Of a stretch of 64,000 nt of DNA, positions 51,648-60,793 are shown in pieces. Within the stretch, counting starts at the first letter, position 1; the number at the start of each line of letters is the position of its first letter. Position numbers and translations under genes: made by a program. The notes beneath the pieces were generated by a model. It saw only the letters and a program-made list of their open reading frames with translations. It was not told the origin of the DNA and made no database searches. Source of the stretch: an uncultured Chloroflexia bacterium (GTDB taxonomy: Bacteria; Chloroflexota; Limnocylindria; Limnocylindrales; CSP1-4); assembly GCA_963749705.1 (NCBI GenBank), contig CAVVNQ010000002.1, positions 128,001 through 192,000 on the forward strand, read 5' to 3'.

Positions 51648-52289
51648 GTGCTCCAATCGCTCCAACCCGAGAACCTGATCCCGACGCTCATCGTCCTCGC
51701 GATCTTCCTGCTGGTCGCGTTCCCGGTCCACGAGTTCGCGCACGCCGCCGTGGCGTACCTGCTGGGCGACTCGACGGCGAAGCTGTTCGGCCGGCTGACG
51801 CTCAACCCGGTCGTCCACTTCGACCCGCTGGGCGGGATGATGACGATCCTGTCGGTGTTCGTCGGTGGCTTCGTGTTCGGGTGGGCGAAGCCGACCCCGG
51901 TCAACACCGCCAACCTGCGCGACCGGCGCAACGGCGAGGTCTATGTCGCGCTGGCCGGTCCGGCGTCGAACCTCGTGATGGCGGTGCTCGGCGCGTTCGT
52001 GTTCCGGGTGCTCGACGCCGTGGGCGCCGGGGTACCGAGCATGGTGTTCTACACCGTGTACCTGTTCGTGCTGTTCAACGTGGCGCTGGCGATCTTCAAC
52101 CTGCTGCCGATCCCGCCGCTCGACGGGTCCACCCTGCTGTTCCGGTTCCTGTCGCCGCGGCAGGCCTGGGAGCTGCGACCGATCCTGGCGCAGTACGGCC
52201 TGTTCATCCTGATCGCGTTCATCCTGCTGCTGAGCAGGCCCCTGTTCACCCTGATCCAGAGTGTCGCGTACTTCCTGGTTGGGCGGTAA
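51648..52289 (+). CDS. Site-2 protease (M50) family
   Basis: HEFAH, TLNP..H.DP.G, GWAKP.PV, AGP.SN, FNLLPIPPLDGS. Confidence 0.95.
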   Translation: MLQSLQPENLIPTLIVLAIFLLVAFPVHEFAHAAVAYLLGDSTAKLFGRLTLNPVVHFDPLGGMMTILSVFVGGFVFGWAKPTPVNTANLRDRRNGEVYVALAGPASNLVMAVLGAFVFRVLDAVGAGVPSMVFYTVYLFVLFNVALAIFNLLPIPPLDGSTLLFRFLSPRQAWELRPILAQYGLFILIAFILLLSRPLFTLIQSVAYFLVGR

Positions 52290-52758
52290 GGCCCGCCAGC
52301 TCCGTGCCCACCTGTTCGCTCGCGTCACGCCCGGGGAGCGACAGGCCGTCGCGGCGTGGACCCACCCGGGGGAGCTCGCCCTGTTCGATGCCATGCACGT
52401 CGCGGACCGGCGCCACGGCCTGGCGGTCGTGGCCGCCCTCCGGCGCGCCGGCGTGACCGACCGCGACGTGCTCGCCGCGGGCCTGCTCCACGATTGTGCA
52501 AAGGGCGACACGGGCGCCGGGCCCCGGATCGCGTGGTCGCTAGGCGAGGTGCTGGGGCCCTGGGTCGTCGCGCTCGCCGCGCGCGTCCCGGGCTGGCGCG
52601 CGGCGCTGGACCGGCTGCGCGACCATGCCGAGGCGTCGGCCGATGCGGTCGCGGCTGCCGGCCTGCCGCAACGCGCCGTCGACCTCGTCCGATACCAGGC
52701 GGAGCCGCGTGATCCCGAGTACGGCCGCCTGTTCCGGGCCGCGGACGAGGCAAGCTGA
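52261..52758 (+). CDS. Small HD-domain protein
   Basis: DRRH, LLHDCAK, H, AD. Overlaps the site-2 protease stop and couples to scpA. Confidence 0.75.
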   Translation: MSRTSWLGGKARQLRAHLFARVTPGERQAVAAWTHPGELALFDAMHVADRRHGLAVVAALRRAGVTDRDVLAAGLLHDCAKGDTGAGPRIAWSLGEVLGPWVVALAARVPGWRAALDRLRDHAEASADAVAAAGLPQRAVDLVRYQAEPRDPEYGRLFRAADEAS

Positions 52759-53633
52759 TGACGCTGGCCGCCGCTCCCGCCGCACCCGCGGTCGCGTTCG
52801 GGGAAGGGCGGCGGCCCGAGTCCGCCACCCGGGTGACCCTGCCCGAGTTCGACGGACCGCTGGCGCTGCTGCTGGCGCTGATCGAGGCGCGCCAGCTCGA
52901 CGTGCTCACCGTTCCCCTGGGCGCCCTCGCCGATGCGTATCTGGACGCGCTTGCGTCGCTCGACGGCGATCGCATGGGCAATGTGTCCGCGTTCATCGCC
53001 GTCGCCAGCCAGCTGATCCTGATCAAGTCGCGGGCGATGCTCCCGCGACGCGTGGTCGAGGGGGCGGAGGCGCTCGCCGACGAAGGCGCGGACCCCGAGG
53101 CCGAGCTGCGGGCGCGGCTGATCCTGTACCGGGCGTTCCGCGACGCCGGTGCCGCGCTTCTCGACGAGGCGCACCGGCGGGTCGGGCTGTTCCACCGCGA
53201 GCCCGGAGCCGCGCATGCGGCCGGGGTCGCCGGGGCGCGCCCGCCGGCCGCGGACCCGCTGTCGCCGGACCTCCTCGTGGCCGCGCTGGACGGCCTGGCG
53301 CGGATCGCGCCGCCGCCGCCCCGGCCGCCCGAGACGTTCCCACGGGCGATCACGCTGACCGAACGCGCCGCGCTGATCCGGCGCGCCCTTCGGGGAGCGC
53401 CCGCGATCGTGCTCCAGGAGCTGCTCCGGGGTGTTCGCGACCGCGTCGTCGTCGCGGTGACCTTCCTCGCGATGCTGGAGCTGATGAAGCGGCGCGAGAT
53501 CGTGGTCGAGCAGGCCGAGCCCTGGGGGCCGATCGTCGCCCGCCGGACCACGCCGGAGGAGCGCGCCGCCGCCGGGCTCGGCGACCTGCCCGACGACGAG
53601 CCGCTCGACGAAACGCTGGAGACGTTCGCGTGA
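52758..53633 (+). CDS. scpA: Segregation/condensation protein A
   Basis: FDGPL.LLL.LI, A..LI.IKSR.LP, VTFLAMLEL. Confidence 0.95.
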   Translation: MTLAAAPAAPAVAFGEGRRPESATRVTLPEFDGPLALLLALIEARQLDVLTVPLGALADAYLDALASLDGDRMGNVSAFIAVASQLILIKSRAMLPRRVVEGAEALADEGADPEAELRARLILYRAFRDAGAALLDEAHRRVGLFHREPGAAHAAGVAGARPPAADPLSPDLLVAALDGLARIAPPPPRPPETFPRAITLTERAALIRRALRGAPAIVLQELLRGVRDRVVVAVTFLAMLELMKRREIVVEQAEPWGPIVARRTTPEERAAAGLGDLPDDEPLDETLETFA

Positions 53634-54373
53634 CCGAGCTCGAGGCCGTCGGGCCCGGCCGGCCCGTCGAGGATTCGCCGCCCGGGCCGGCACCGGACGC
53701 TGATGAAGCACGGCACGCCGGTGACGCGCCGGGCGCCGGTGAGCCCGGTGACGCGCCGCCGGGCGAGCTCACGGAGGGCCAGCTCGAGGCGCTCCTGTTC
53801 GTCGCCGAGAAGCCCCTGTCGCGCCGCGAGATCGGGGTGCTCGCCGGGGTCCCGCGCGAGACCGTCGACGAGCGACTTGGGGACCTCGAGGTGTCGCTGG
53901 CCGGCCGGGGGATCCGCCTCGTCCTCGCCGGGGAGCGCGTCGAGCTGGGCACGGCCGCGGAAGCCGGCGCCATCGTCGCCCGCTACGTCGGTGCCGATGC
54001 CGTCAAGCTGTCGCCCGCCTCGCTCGAGACGCTGGCGATCATCGCCTACCGGCAACCGGTGACCAAGGCAGCGATCGAGCGGATCCGCGGCGTCGACTCC
54101 GACTACACGGTCCGGAGCCTGGTCCATCGGCGGCTGGTGGTCGAGCTGGGCCGGGCCGAGACACCCGGACGCCCGATCCTGTACGGCACCGGCTTCGAGT
54201 TCCTGGAACGGTTCGGGCTGACCTCGATCGAGGAGCTGCCGCCGCTCGATCTCGACATCGCCGCGCGCCTGGTCGAGGGCGCGGACGCGACGCCGGCGAC
54301 GCTCGACGGCGACGGCTCTCCGGTGACCTCGCTCGCAACCGACGCACCGCCCGCTCCCGACGACGGCGCCTGA
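53630..54373 (+). CDS. scpB: Segregation/condensation protein B
   Basis: LEALLF, LS.ASLETLAIIAYRQPVT...IE.IRGV, GRP.LYGT..FL..FGL. Confidence 0.96.
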   Translation: MTELEAVGPGRPVEDSPPGPAPDADEARHAGDAPGAGEPGDAPPGELTEGQLEALLFVAEKPLSRREIGVLAGVPRETVDERLGDLEVSLAGRGIRLVLAGERVELGTAAEAGAIVARYVGADAVKLSPASLETLAIIAYRQPVTKAAIERIRGVDSDYTVRSLVHRRLVVELGRAETPGRPILYGTGFEFLERFGLTSIEELPPLDLDIAARLVEGADATPATLDGDGSPVTSLATDAPPAPDDGA

Positions 54374-54375
54374 TC

Positions 54376-55158
54376 GTGCCGGCGGAACGGATCTCCAAGG
54401 TCCTCGCCGCCGCGGGCGTCGCGTCGCGCCGCGGCGCAGACGAGCTGATCAACGCGGGACGCGTGACGGTCGATGGCCGGGCCGCCGTCCTCGGCGAGCG
54501 GGTCGATCCCGAGACGCAGGAGATCGAGGTCGACGGCGCGCCGGTCTCGCGGTCGGTCTCGCGCCCGGTCTACCTCGCGCTCCACAAGCCGATGGGCGTG
54601 ACGTCGACGACCCGCGACCGGCACGCGGAGACGACGGTCGTGCAGCTCGTCCCACCCGAGCTCGCACGCGGTGCACGGCTGTACCCGGTGGGCCGGCTCG
54701 ACCAGGATTCGGAAGGGCTGATCCTGCTCACCAACGACGGTGACTGGGCGGAGCGGGTGCTGCACCCGCGGTTCGGCGTCGAGCGCGAGTACGCCGTGGG
54801 GCTGGTTCGGCCGCTGTCGCGCGAGCAGGCCGAGGCGCTCGAGACCGGCGTCGAGCTGGCCGAAGGCGTCGCGACCCTGACCGGGCTGCGAGGCCAGACG
54901 CGGACGGAGGATCGCCGCCTGGGGGAGACCCTCGAGCCGGCGCCCGACGTCCGCCTGACGTGGGTGCGGGTCACGATCCACCAGGGCTGGAAGCGCCAGC
55001 TGCGGCGGATGTTCGCCGAGGTCGGGGCGCCGGTCCGTCGCCTCGTCCGGGTGCGGATCGGGACGCTGCGCCTGGAGGACATGGCCGCCGGCGACGTGCG
55101 CCCGCTCAGCGCGACGGAGGTGCGGCGGCTGGGCACGACCCGCGTGGAGCCCCGCTGA
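54376..55158 (+). CDS. rluB: rRNA pseudouridine synthase (RluB/RsuA family)
   Basis: S4 domain GVASRR, HKP.G, PVGRLD..SEGL.LLTNDG, RQLRRM, L.RVRIG. Confidence 0.93.
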   Translation: MPAERISKVLAAAGVASRRGADELINAGRVTVDGRAAVLGERVDPETQEIEVDGAPVSRSVSRPVYLALHKPMGVTSTTRDRHAETTVVQLVPPELARGARLYPVGRLDQDSEGLILLTNDGDWAERVLHPRFGVEREYAVGLVRPLSREQAEALETGVELAEGVATLTGLRGQTRTEDRRLGETLEPAPDVRLTWVRVTIHQGWKRQLRRMFAEVGAPVRRLVRVRIGTLRLEDMAAGDVRPLSATEVRRLGTTRVEPR

Positions 55159-55174
55159 CGATGGATCGCATGTC

Positions 55175-55675
55175 GTGAGCCTGCGTCGCGTCCCGCCCGG
55201 TCCTGACCGCGACCCGTACCTGCCGCTGCTGTTCCTCGCCGACGACGCGCACGACCACGTCCGTGCGCACCGCGACGACGGGCATCTGTTCGTGCTCGAT
55301 CGCGACGACGGTGCGATGGGCGTGGTCCAGGCCGTTCCGATCGAGGCCGCGGGCGGGGACCGCCCCGACGCCACCCCGCAGGTGGAGCTGACCCTGGTCG
55401 CCGTCGATGAGCGTCACCAGCGCCGGGGTGTCGGACGGGCGCTCATCGCCTCGGTACTGGGCGCGCTTCGCGACGATGGCGTGCAGCGCGTGATCGTGGG
55501 CACCGTGACGGCCGCCGGAGGCACGATCACGTTCTACCAGAAGGTGGGTTTTCGCCCGTTCGCGATCGAGCGCGACTACTTCGATCGCGCCCGTGGCTAC
55601 CGAGGCGACGAGACGCTCGACGGGATCCCGATCCGCGACATGATCTGGTTCGACATCGAGCTCCGGCCGGCCTGA
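55175..55675 (+). CDS. GNAT acetyltransferase
   Basis: LL.LAD, VAV....QRRGVG, FYQKVGF, ERDYF. Confidence 0.9.
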   Translation: MSLRRVPPGPDRDPYLPLLFLADDAHDHVRAHRDDGHLFVLDRDDGAMGVVQAVPIEAAGGDRPDATPQVELTLVAVDERHQRRGVGRALIASVLGALRDDGVQRVIVGTVTAAGGTITFYQKVGFRPFAIERDYFDRARGYRGDETLDGIPIRDMIWFDIELRPA

Positions 55676-55788
55676 GGGCGCGGCAGCATGCCGCGTGGCA
55701 GCCGGGCCGACCGCGCTCGGACAGCGCCATCGAGCACGTTTGGCCGGCGGGACCCCGACCTGGCACGCACGCTGCCAGGACGCCTGGC

Positions 55789-56406
55789 TCAGGGTGCGGT
55801 CCCGGGGCAGGTGCGCTCTGCGGCTGTGGTCCCGAGGCAGAGATGCACCGCGCTGTGGTGGATCACCCGGAAGGAGAAGGGGCCGACCCGGTAATCCACG
55901 GCGAGCATCTCCCACCCGGCCGGACCCTGATGCGGCCCCTGGAACGTCAGCGCGATCTGCCACCCGTCGCCGCCCGGCTGAATAGTCCCCGGCAAAGGGG
56001 CGAGGTCGGCGTCGATGAGCGCCTGCTGGTCGGCGGTCAGCGGCCCGAGCCCCGAGAGGTCCGAGGCCCGCGGGCCGCCGGGCCGAAGGAGGAGCGGCGG
56101 GGCGATGACGAGGTTGCCGCTTGCGTCCACGGGCGTGATGCGCTCGACCTCCACGGGCCACGGCCAGTCGTTGGGCGAGAGGTCAGAAGCGTAGACGAGA
56201 TCCGTTCCCGGGACGGCCCAGTCGGCCTCCGGCGTGTTCCCCCCGGAGTTGTTGCCCCAGTCCGACGGCCACATGTCGAGCCAGAGCACGCCGCCGTCCT
56301 TCCACTCGCGGAGCGGGCCGCCGGGGAACCGCGCCAGGCCCGCGACGTTGAGCACCAGCGCGGCCGTGATCGTCGTGAGAGCGCCGACCAGCAGAAACCG
56401 CTTCAC
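55789..56406 (-). CDS. Hypothetical secreted or membrane-anchored protein
   Basis: GTG after a GAGGGG SD gives an MKRFLLVGAL... signal-like start. C-terminal Cys pair. Confidence 0.6.
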   Translation of the reverse strand: MKRFLLVGALTTITAALVLNVAGLARFPGGPLREWKDGGVLWLDMWPSDWGNNSGGNTPEADWAVPGTDLVYASDLSPNDWPWPVEVERITPVDASGNLVIAPPLLLRPGGPRASDLSGLGPLTADQQALIDADLAPLPGTIQPGGDGWQIALTFQGPHQGPAGWEMLAVDYRVGPFSFRVIHHSAVHLCLGTTAAERTCPGTAP

Positions 56407-56609
56407 GTCCCCCTCTCGCATGGCATGTCCTCGCGCGGCAAGGCTCATGGCGCGCAGCGGCCACGTCAAGGGGATGTGGGCCTGTTCGATGGCAGGCTGG
56501 TTCGCGGACGAGCCACACGGTCCGCCCGACTCTTGACTGTGGCCGTGCCCAACGACACGCTGGGTTGCCAGTCGTGGCGCGGCATACGGACACGCGGCAG
56601 GGGATGCGC

Positions 56610-56810
56610 ATGCGGAAGCTGAACATCAGGCAGGGCGTGATCGGCGGCTCCGCCGTGCTCCTCGTCAGCGCTGCGGCCGCTGCCGGCCGCTCGCCCGACC
56701 CGTTGGCGACGTTCGCCTTCTACCTCGCGTTCGGCCTGCCGTGCGTCGCGCTGGCGGTCGCCCTCGTGCTCGCGATCAATCGCCCACCCAAGCCGCCGAT
56801 CCGCTGGTAG
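56610..56810 (+). CDS. Small 2-TM hypothetical protein
   Basis: Two hydrophobic segments and a purine-rich SD. Confidence 0.55.
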   Translation: MRKLNIRQGVIGGSAVLLVSAAAAAGRSPDPLATFAFYLAFGLPCVALAVALVLAINRPPKPPIRW

Positions 56811-56981
56811 GCCGATCCAGCCCATCCGCCGGTCGCTCGATATCGATGCCGGGAGGGGAGCCGTCGCCGTCCTCGCCCGGGGCCGACCTCGCGAAATAGC
56901 GTCATCATGTTCGCGACGCCCGTGCCCGCGACGCGGAGCACCCGGACGACCGCCAGATCGGCGTTGGATGGGAGTGAACAC

Positions 56982-57275
56982 ATGACCGAACCGGCAAGCG
57001 TGCCCCTGCGTGGATGGCGATACGGCATGCACCCGCGTGCTGCCGGGATGCAGGTCCTCGCCCTCGGGCGTGTCCAGCTCCCGCTCGGGGAGGCCCTCCG
57101 CCTCGAGCTGGCGAGCGGCGGCACGGGGCCGGCGGAGGATGTCGCCCACGTCCAGTACTACATCGCGACCGAGGTCGGTCCCTGGGCGTTGTGGCTGTCG
57201 TGCCCGCGGTCCGAGCTGGCACAGCGGGAGTCGGCCCTGAAGGATCTCGTGCATCCGTTGATCGACGAGCCGTAG
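56982..57275 (+). CDS. Small hypothetical protein
   Basis: SD GGAG before the ATG and coding-like codon use. Confidence 0.55.
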   Translation: MTEPASVPLRGWRYGMHPRAAGMQVLALGRVQLPLGEALRLELASGGTGPAEDVAHVQYYIATEVGPWALWLSCPRSELAQRESALKDLVHPLIDEP

Positions 57276-57342
57276 CGGGTCGCGCGCCCGCCGCTCCGTG
57301 CGGCGCATCCGAGGCCCGGCTCGGGGTAACGTGGCCGCCGAC

Positions 57343-58314
57343 ATGACGACGTCCGCCGTGGCCGACGGCCACGCACTCGAGCTCGAGCCGCCCCGCTTCG
57401 ATTCCCTGGAGTGGCGAGCCTCCATCGCGCTCAAGGTCCTGGCGTTCATCAACGTGGCCGGGATCGTGCTGGCGATGTTCCCCCCGCCATTGCCGGGGTC
57501 GCTGCTCCAGGGTCTCGCCTTCAACCTCGCCGCGGCCGTGCTGGCGTCCCTGGAGATCGTCGCCGCGCGGGCGCTGGACCGGCGCCGGTCGTGGGCCGTC
57601 GGCGCCGTGCGACCGATGCTCGTGGTGCTCATCGCCGAGGGCATCGGCGCGATGCTGATCGGGATCGACGCGGGCCGGATCCGGATCCCGTTCGAAGCGC
57701 TGATCGCGATATGGGCCCTGCTCGCCGGGCCTGACGGGACGCTGTCCCGGCACGCCGACCGTCGGAGCGTGTCGCTCGCCGCGACCTCGGTGGTGGTGGT
57801 CGCGTCGATGCTCGTCGGGGAGCCGGTGTTCGGCTGGGGCGGCCTGCTCGATGTGCGGCAGTCCGATCTGCGCGACTCGATCTCGGCCACCTGCAGCGCG
57901 CCCGGTGCCGATCTGCCGCCGACGCTGACCGTGAGCTATGACTGGTCATGGACGAGGACGAGCCCGTTGCCCAACGGGCTGGACATCGTGGTCATCGGCT
58001 GGTCCGGACGTGACGCCGAGGGACGGACGCTGTACCTGTTCGACAACGACCCGGCCTCGGGCACCGGGATCCATTCGGGGCGGCGGGCGTATCCGAGCCT
58101 GGACATGGCGACGGCGGTGGGCAAGGAGACGCAGGCGTCGTGGAGCTGGGGCGTCGAGCTCGCCGAGCAGGGGCTGCGACCGGGGCACGTCGAGCTGCAG
58201 ATGCGGCGCGCGAGGGACAGCCCGCCGGACCCCTCGCCGCTGGTGATCCGGGCGACGTACATCCATCTGGGCATCTGGCACAGCGATCCGGTCAGCGTCA
58301 CCTGCTCCTGGTGA
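57343..58314 (+). CDS. Multi-TM protein with a C-terminal extracellular beta domain
   Basis: About 5 TM segments, then a Trp-rich domain bracketed by TCS...TCSW. Confidence 0.7.
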   Translation: MTTSAVADGHALELEPPRFDSLEWRASIALKVLAFINVAGIVLAMFPPPLPGSLLQGLAFNLAAAVLASLEIVAARALDRRRSWAVGAVRPMLVVLIAEGIGAMLIGIDAGRIRIPFEALIAIWALLAGPDGTLSRHADRRSVSLAATSVVVVASMLVGEPVFGWGGLLDVRQSDLRDSISATCSAPGADLPPTLTVSYDWSWTRTSPLPNGLDIVVIGWSGRDAEGRTLYLFDNDPASGTGIHSGRRAYPSLDMATAVGKETQASWSWGVELAEQGLRPGHVELQMRRARDSPPDPSPLVIRATYIHLGIWHSDPVSVTCSW

Positions 58315-58380
58315 TCGGGACCCCCGGGCGCGCCTCGCAAACGAGCGCCCTGAACGGCCGGACCGCGCCGTCGCGTCGCA

Positions 58381-58409
58381 TTGACCACGGTCGGTGGCCC
58401 TGCAAGACT
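58381..58409 (+). promoter_or_regulatory. Sigma70-type promoter, leaderless
   Basis: TTGACC - 17 nt - (TGc)AAGACT - 7 nt - ATG 58417. Confidence 0.65.
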
Positions 58410-58416
58410 CGATCCG

Positions 58417-59607
58417 ATGGACCGTCGCCGGATCAGCCCCGAGCTCCTTGTCGGCGTCGTGATCGTGGCCTTCATCGTGATCACGGTGATCCGGCCGTGG
58501 GGTGCGGACGCAGGACCGTCACCGAGCATCTCGCCCGCGCCCACGATCGCCGCGCGTGCAACCGCGCCACCGACCCCGCGGACGGTGCCGTCCGCGGTTC
58601 CGGTTGCCGTCATCGGTGTGATCCCGATGACCGGCCAGCTCGCCGCTCCCGTCGTCGACGGCGACACCATCTGGTACGCGTCCGATCGATCGAGCCTGAT
58701 CCGGCTCGATACGGCATCCCACGCGGTCGAACGCATCGCACTTGATCCCGCCCGCTTTCCCGGGCCGCTCCAGGTGACCGCACAGGGCGGCGAGATCTGG
58801 ATCGCCGGAGCCGGTGATCGAGCCATCAGCCGGATCGACCCGGCGACGGGAAGCGTCACCAACCAGATCCCGGTCACCATCGATGGCCCGTACGCGCTGG
58901 GCGGTTTGTTCGGTCTGGTCCGGGCCGCCTCGAACGTGTGGGCGATCGGCGAGCTCCGCTGGCTCGGGTCGAGCGACGGGGCGGCGCCCGGAAGCTCGCC
59001 GTGCTGTGACAACCTGGACACCTCGGAGCTGTTCCGGGTGGACCTGGCGACGCTGCGCAGCGACGCCGTCCGCCAGGTCGACGGCGCCCTGGCGATCGCC
59101 GAGGGGTTCGGCGCCGTGTGGGTCGTCCAAAGCCCGAGGGGGAGCTCGGGCCGCGCCATCCTCGTGCGGCGCGACCCGGACACCGGGATTGCCACCGGAA
59201 CAACGGTTCTGCCCGACCCTGCGGGCTTCAACCCGTGTTTTCGATGCCTGATCAGGATCCGGATCGGCTCCGGAAGCATCTGGGTCGCGTACCGCGATCC
59301 GGGCGTGGTGCTCCGGATCGACCGGACGTTCCACCTGATCTCGGCCCACATCAACGTCGTCGGGCAGATCACCGACCTCGCCTCGGGACCGGACGGTGCG
59401 CTGTGGATGGTCGGGTTGCATGAACCCGGTCCGGACTGCGAGGCGTCGGGCGGCTTCCTCGCGCGGATCGATCCGAGCGAGAACGTGATCTCGAACGAGC
59501 TTGCGGTGAGCTGCCCGGTCTCCGTCGCGGTCAGCCGGGGCGACGTGTGGGTCGGCACTGACCCTCCGGACGGGCCACGGGTCGTCGAGGTGCGGGTCGG
59601 GTCGTAG
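58417..59607 (+). CDS. Membrane-anchored beta-propeller protein (YncE/Vgb-like repeats)
   Basis: N-terminal TM, P/T linker, repeated 'G.(I/V)W(V/I).....RIDP.T'. Confidence 0.8.
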   Translation: MDRRRISPELLVGVVIVAFIVITVIRPWGADAGPSPSISPAPTIAARATAPPTPRTVPSAVPVAVIGVIPMTGQLAAPVVDGDTIWYASDRSSLIRLDTASHAVERIALDPARFPGPLQVTAQGGEIWIAGAGDRAISRIDPATGSVTNQIPVTIDGPYALGGLFGLVRAASNVWAIGELRWLGSSDGAAPGSSPCCDNLDTSELFRVDLATLRSDAVRQVDGALAIAEGFGAVWVVQSPRGSSGRAILVRRDPDTGIATGTTVLPDPAGFNPCFRCLIRIRIGSGSIWVAYRDPGVVLRIDRTFHLISAHINVVGQITDLASGPDGALWMVGLHEPGPDCEASGGFLARIDPSENVISNELAVSCPVSVAVSRGDVWVGTDPPDGPRVVEVRVGS

Positions 59608-59707
59608 GAGCCGGGGCGCGGGCCGGGGAGCGCGGCCGGGCGCGGACGCGGTGCGGCACACCACGGTCGCGGGCCGGGGCTGACCGCAGGCGTGCTACGT
59701 TGCGCGG

Positions 59708-60217
59708 ATGCGCAGACCCCTGTTATCCGACGCCGCTGCCCACCACGTGTGGGCGACGCTGCGATTGATCGATGCCTGCCGGGCGCTGTCGCCGGCGCAG
59801 CTCGCGACTGTCGTGCCGGGCACGTACGGATCGATCCTCGACACCCTGCGCCACCTGGTCGGCGCCGACCGGTCCTACCTGTTCGTGCTGACCGATGGGC
59901 GCGTCCCGCGGATCGACGAGGATTCGATGGACCTGGAGCGGCTGCGCGCGGCGATGGAGGCGGCTGGCCCGGCCTGGTCATCGGTGCTGGACGCGGATCC
60001 GGATCCCGATCAGGTCCTCGTCCGCCGTCGCGACGACGGATCCGAGACCCGCGCGCCCGTCGGCATCCGGCTCGCGCAGGCGTTGCACCACGGCACGGAT
60101 CACCGGAGCCAGGTGTGCACCGCGCTGACGGCGCTCGGGGTGGACCCGCCCGACATCGATGCCTGGGACTTCGCGCTCACGGACGGCCGCCTGGTCGAGA
60201 CGGGTCCGGCAACCTGA
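59708..60217 (+). CDS. DinB/YfiT-family protein
   Basis: GSI..TL.HL..AD..Y, HHG..HRSQ. Confidence 0.9.
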   Translation: MRRPLLSDAAAHHVWATLRLIDACRALSPAQLATVVPGTYGSILDTLRHLVGADRSYLFVLTDGRVPRIDEDSMDLERLRAAMEAAGPAWSSVLDADPDPDQVLVRRRDDGSETRAPVGIRLAQALHHGTDHRSQVCTALTALGVDPPDIDAWDFALTDGRLVETGPAT

Positions 60218-60332
60218 CGAGCCGAGCCGCGCCGCTTGCGGCACGCGACTATTCTCCGGGCATGCGCGAGATGTCGTCGCATCAGCGGCTCGACGATTGG
60301 ACCGACGTGGATCCAGGTGGAGGGCGCGCCTG

Positions 60333-60695
60333 ATGGCACCGACGACGATCGACGAGTACCTCGCGACGCTGCCGGACGGCCCTCGCGCCGTCCTGGAGGA
60401 GCTTCGGGCCACGATCCGCGCCGCCGCGCCCGATGCGACCGAGACCATCAGCTACCAGATGCCGACCTTCACGCAGCGTGGCCGGCTGCTCGTGTCGTTC
60501 GCGGCGTTCAAGCATCACTACAGCCTGTTTCCGGCCAGCACGATCGTCCGCGAGGCGCTGGGTGCGCCGCTCGCTCCGTACATCGCGGGGAAGGGCACCA
60601 TCCGGTTCCCGGCTGACCGCCCCATCCCGCTGGACCTCGTTGCCCGGGTCGTGGCCGCCAGGCTCGATGAGGTCGAAGGGGCACGCGGCGCCTGA
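60333..60695 (+). CDS. DUF1801/YdhG-like protein
   Basis: IDEYLA, I..AAP.A.E.ISYQMP.F, FAAFK.H.SL.P, KGTIRFP...PIP..LV. Confidence 0.9.
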   Translation: MAPTTIDEYLATLPDGPRAVLEELRATIRAAAPDATETISYQMPTFTQRGRLLVSFAAFKHHYSLFPASTIVREALGAPLAPYIAGKGTIRFPADRPIPLDLVARVVAARLDEVEGARGA

Positions 60696-60793
60696 GCGGC
60701 GCGACCCGGCGTCAGGCCGACAGCCTGACCCGTGATCGGCCGCGTACGCGACCTCACCGCTGACCGCGGGGGGATGGCCTGTATGCTCGATCC

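Noticed and set aside
59608-59690. G-rich tract with G-quadruplex potential (also the topA 3' end, about 8220-8270)
   Set aside because: Such tracts are expected by chance at this GC content, and the loops are irregular.
55676-60793. Integron cassette array or CRISPR-like repeats in the accessory block
   Set aside because: I saw no recurring intergenic repeat or RYYYAAC/GTTRRRY pairs, no intI, and gene orientation is mixed.
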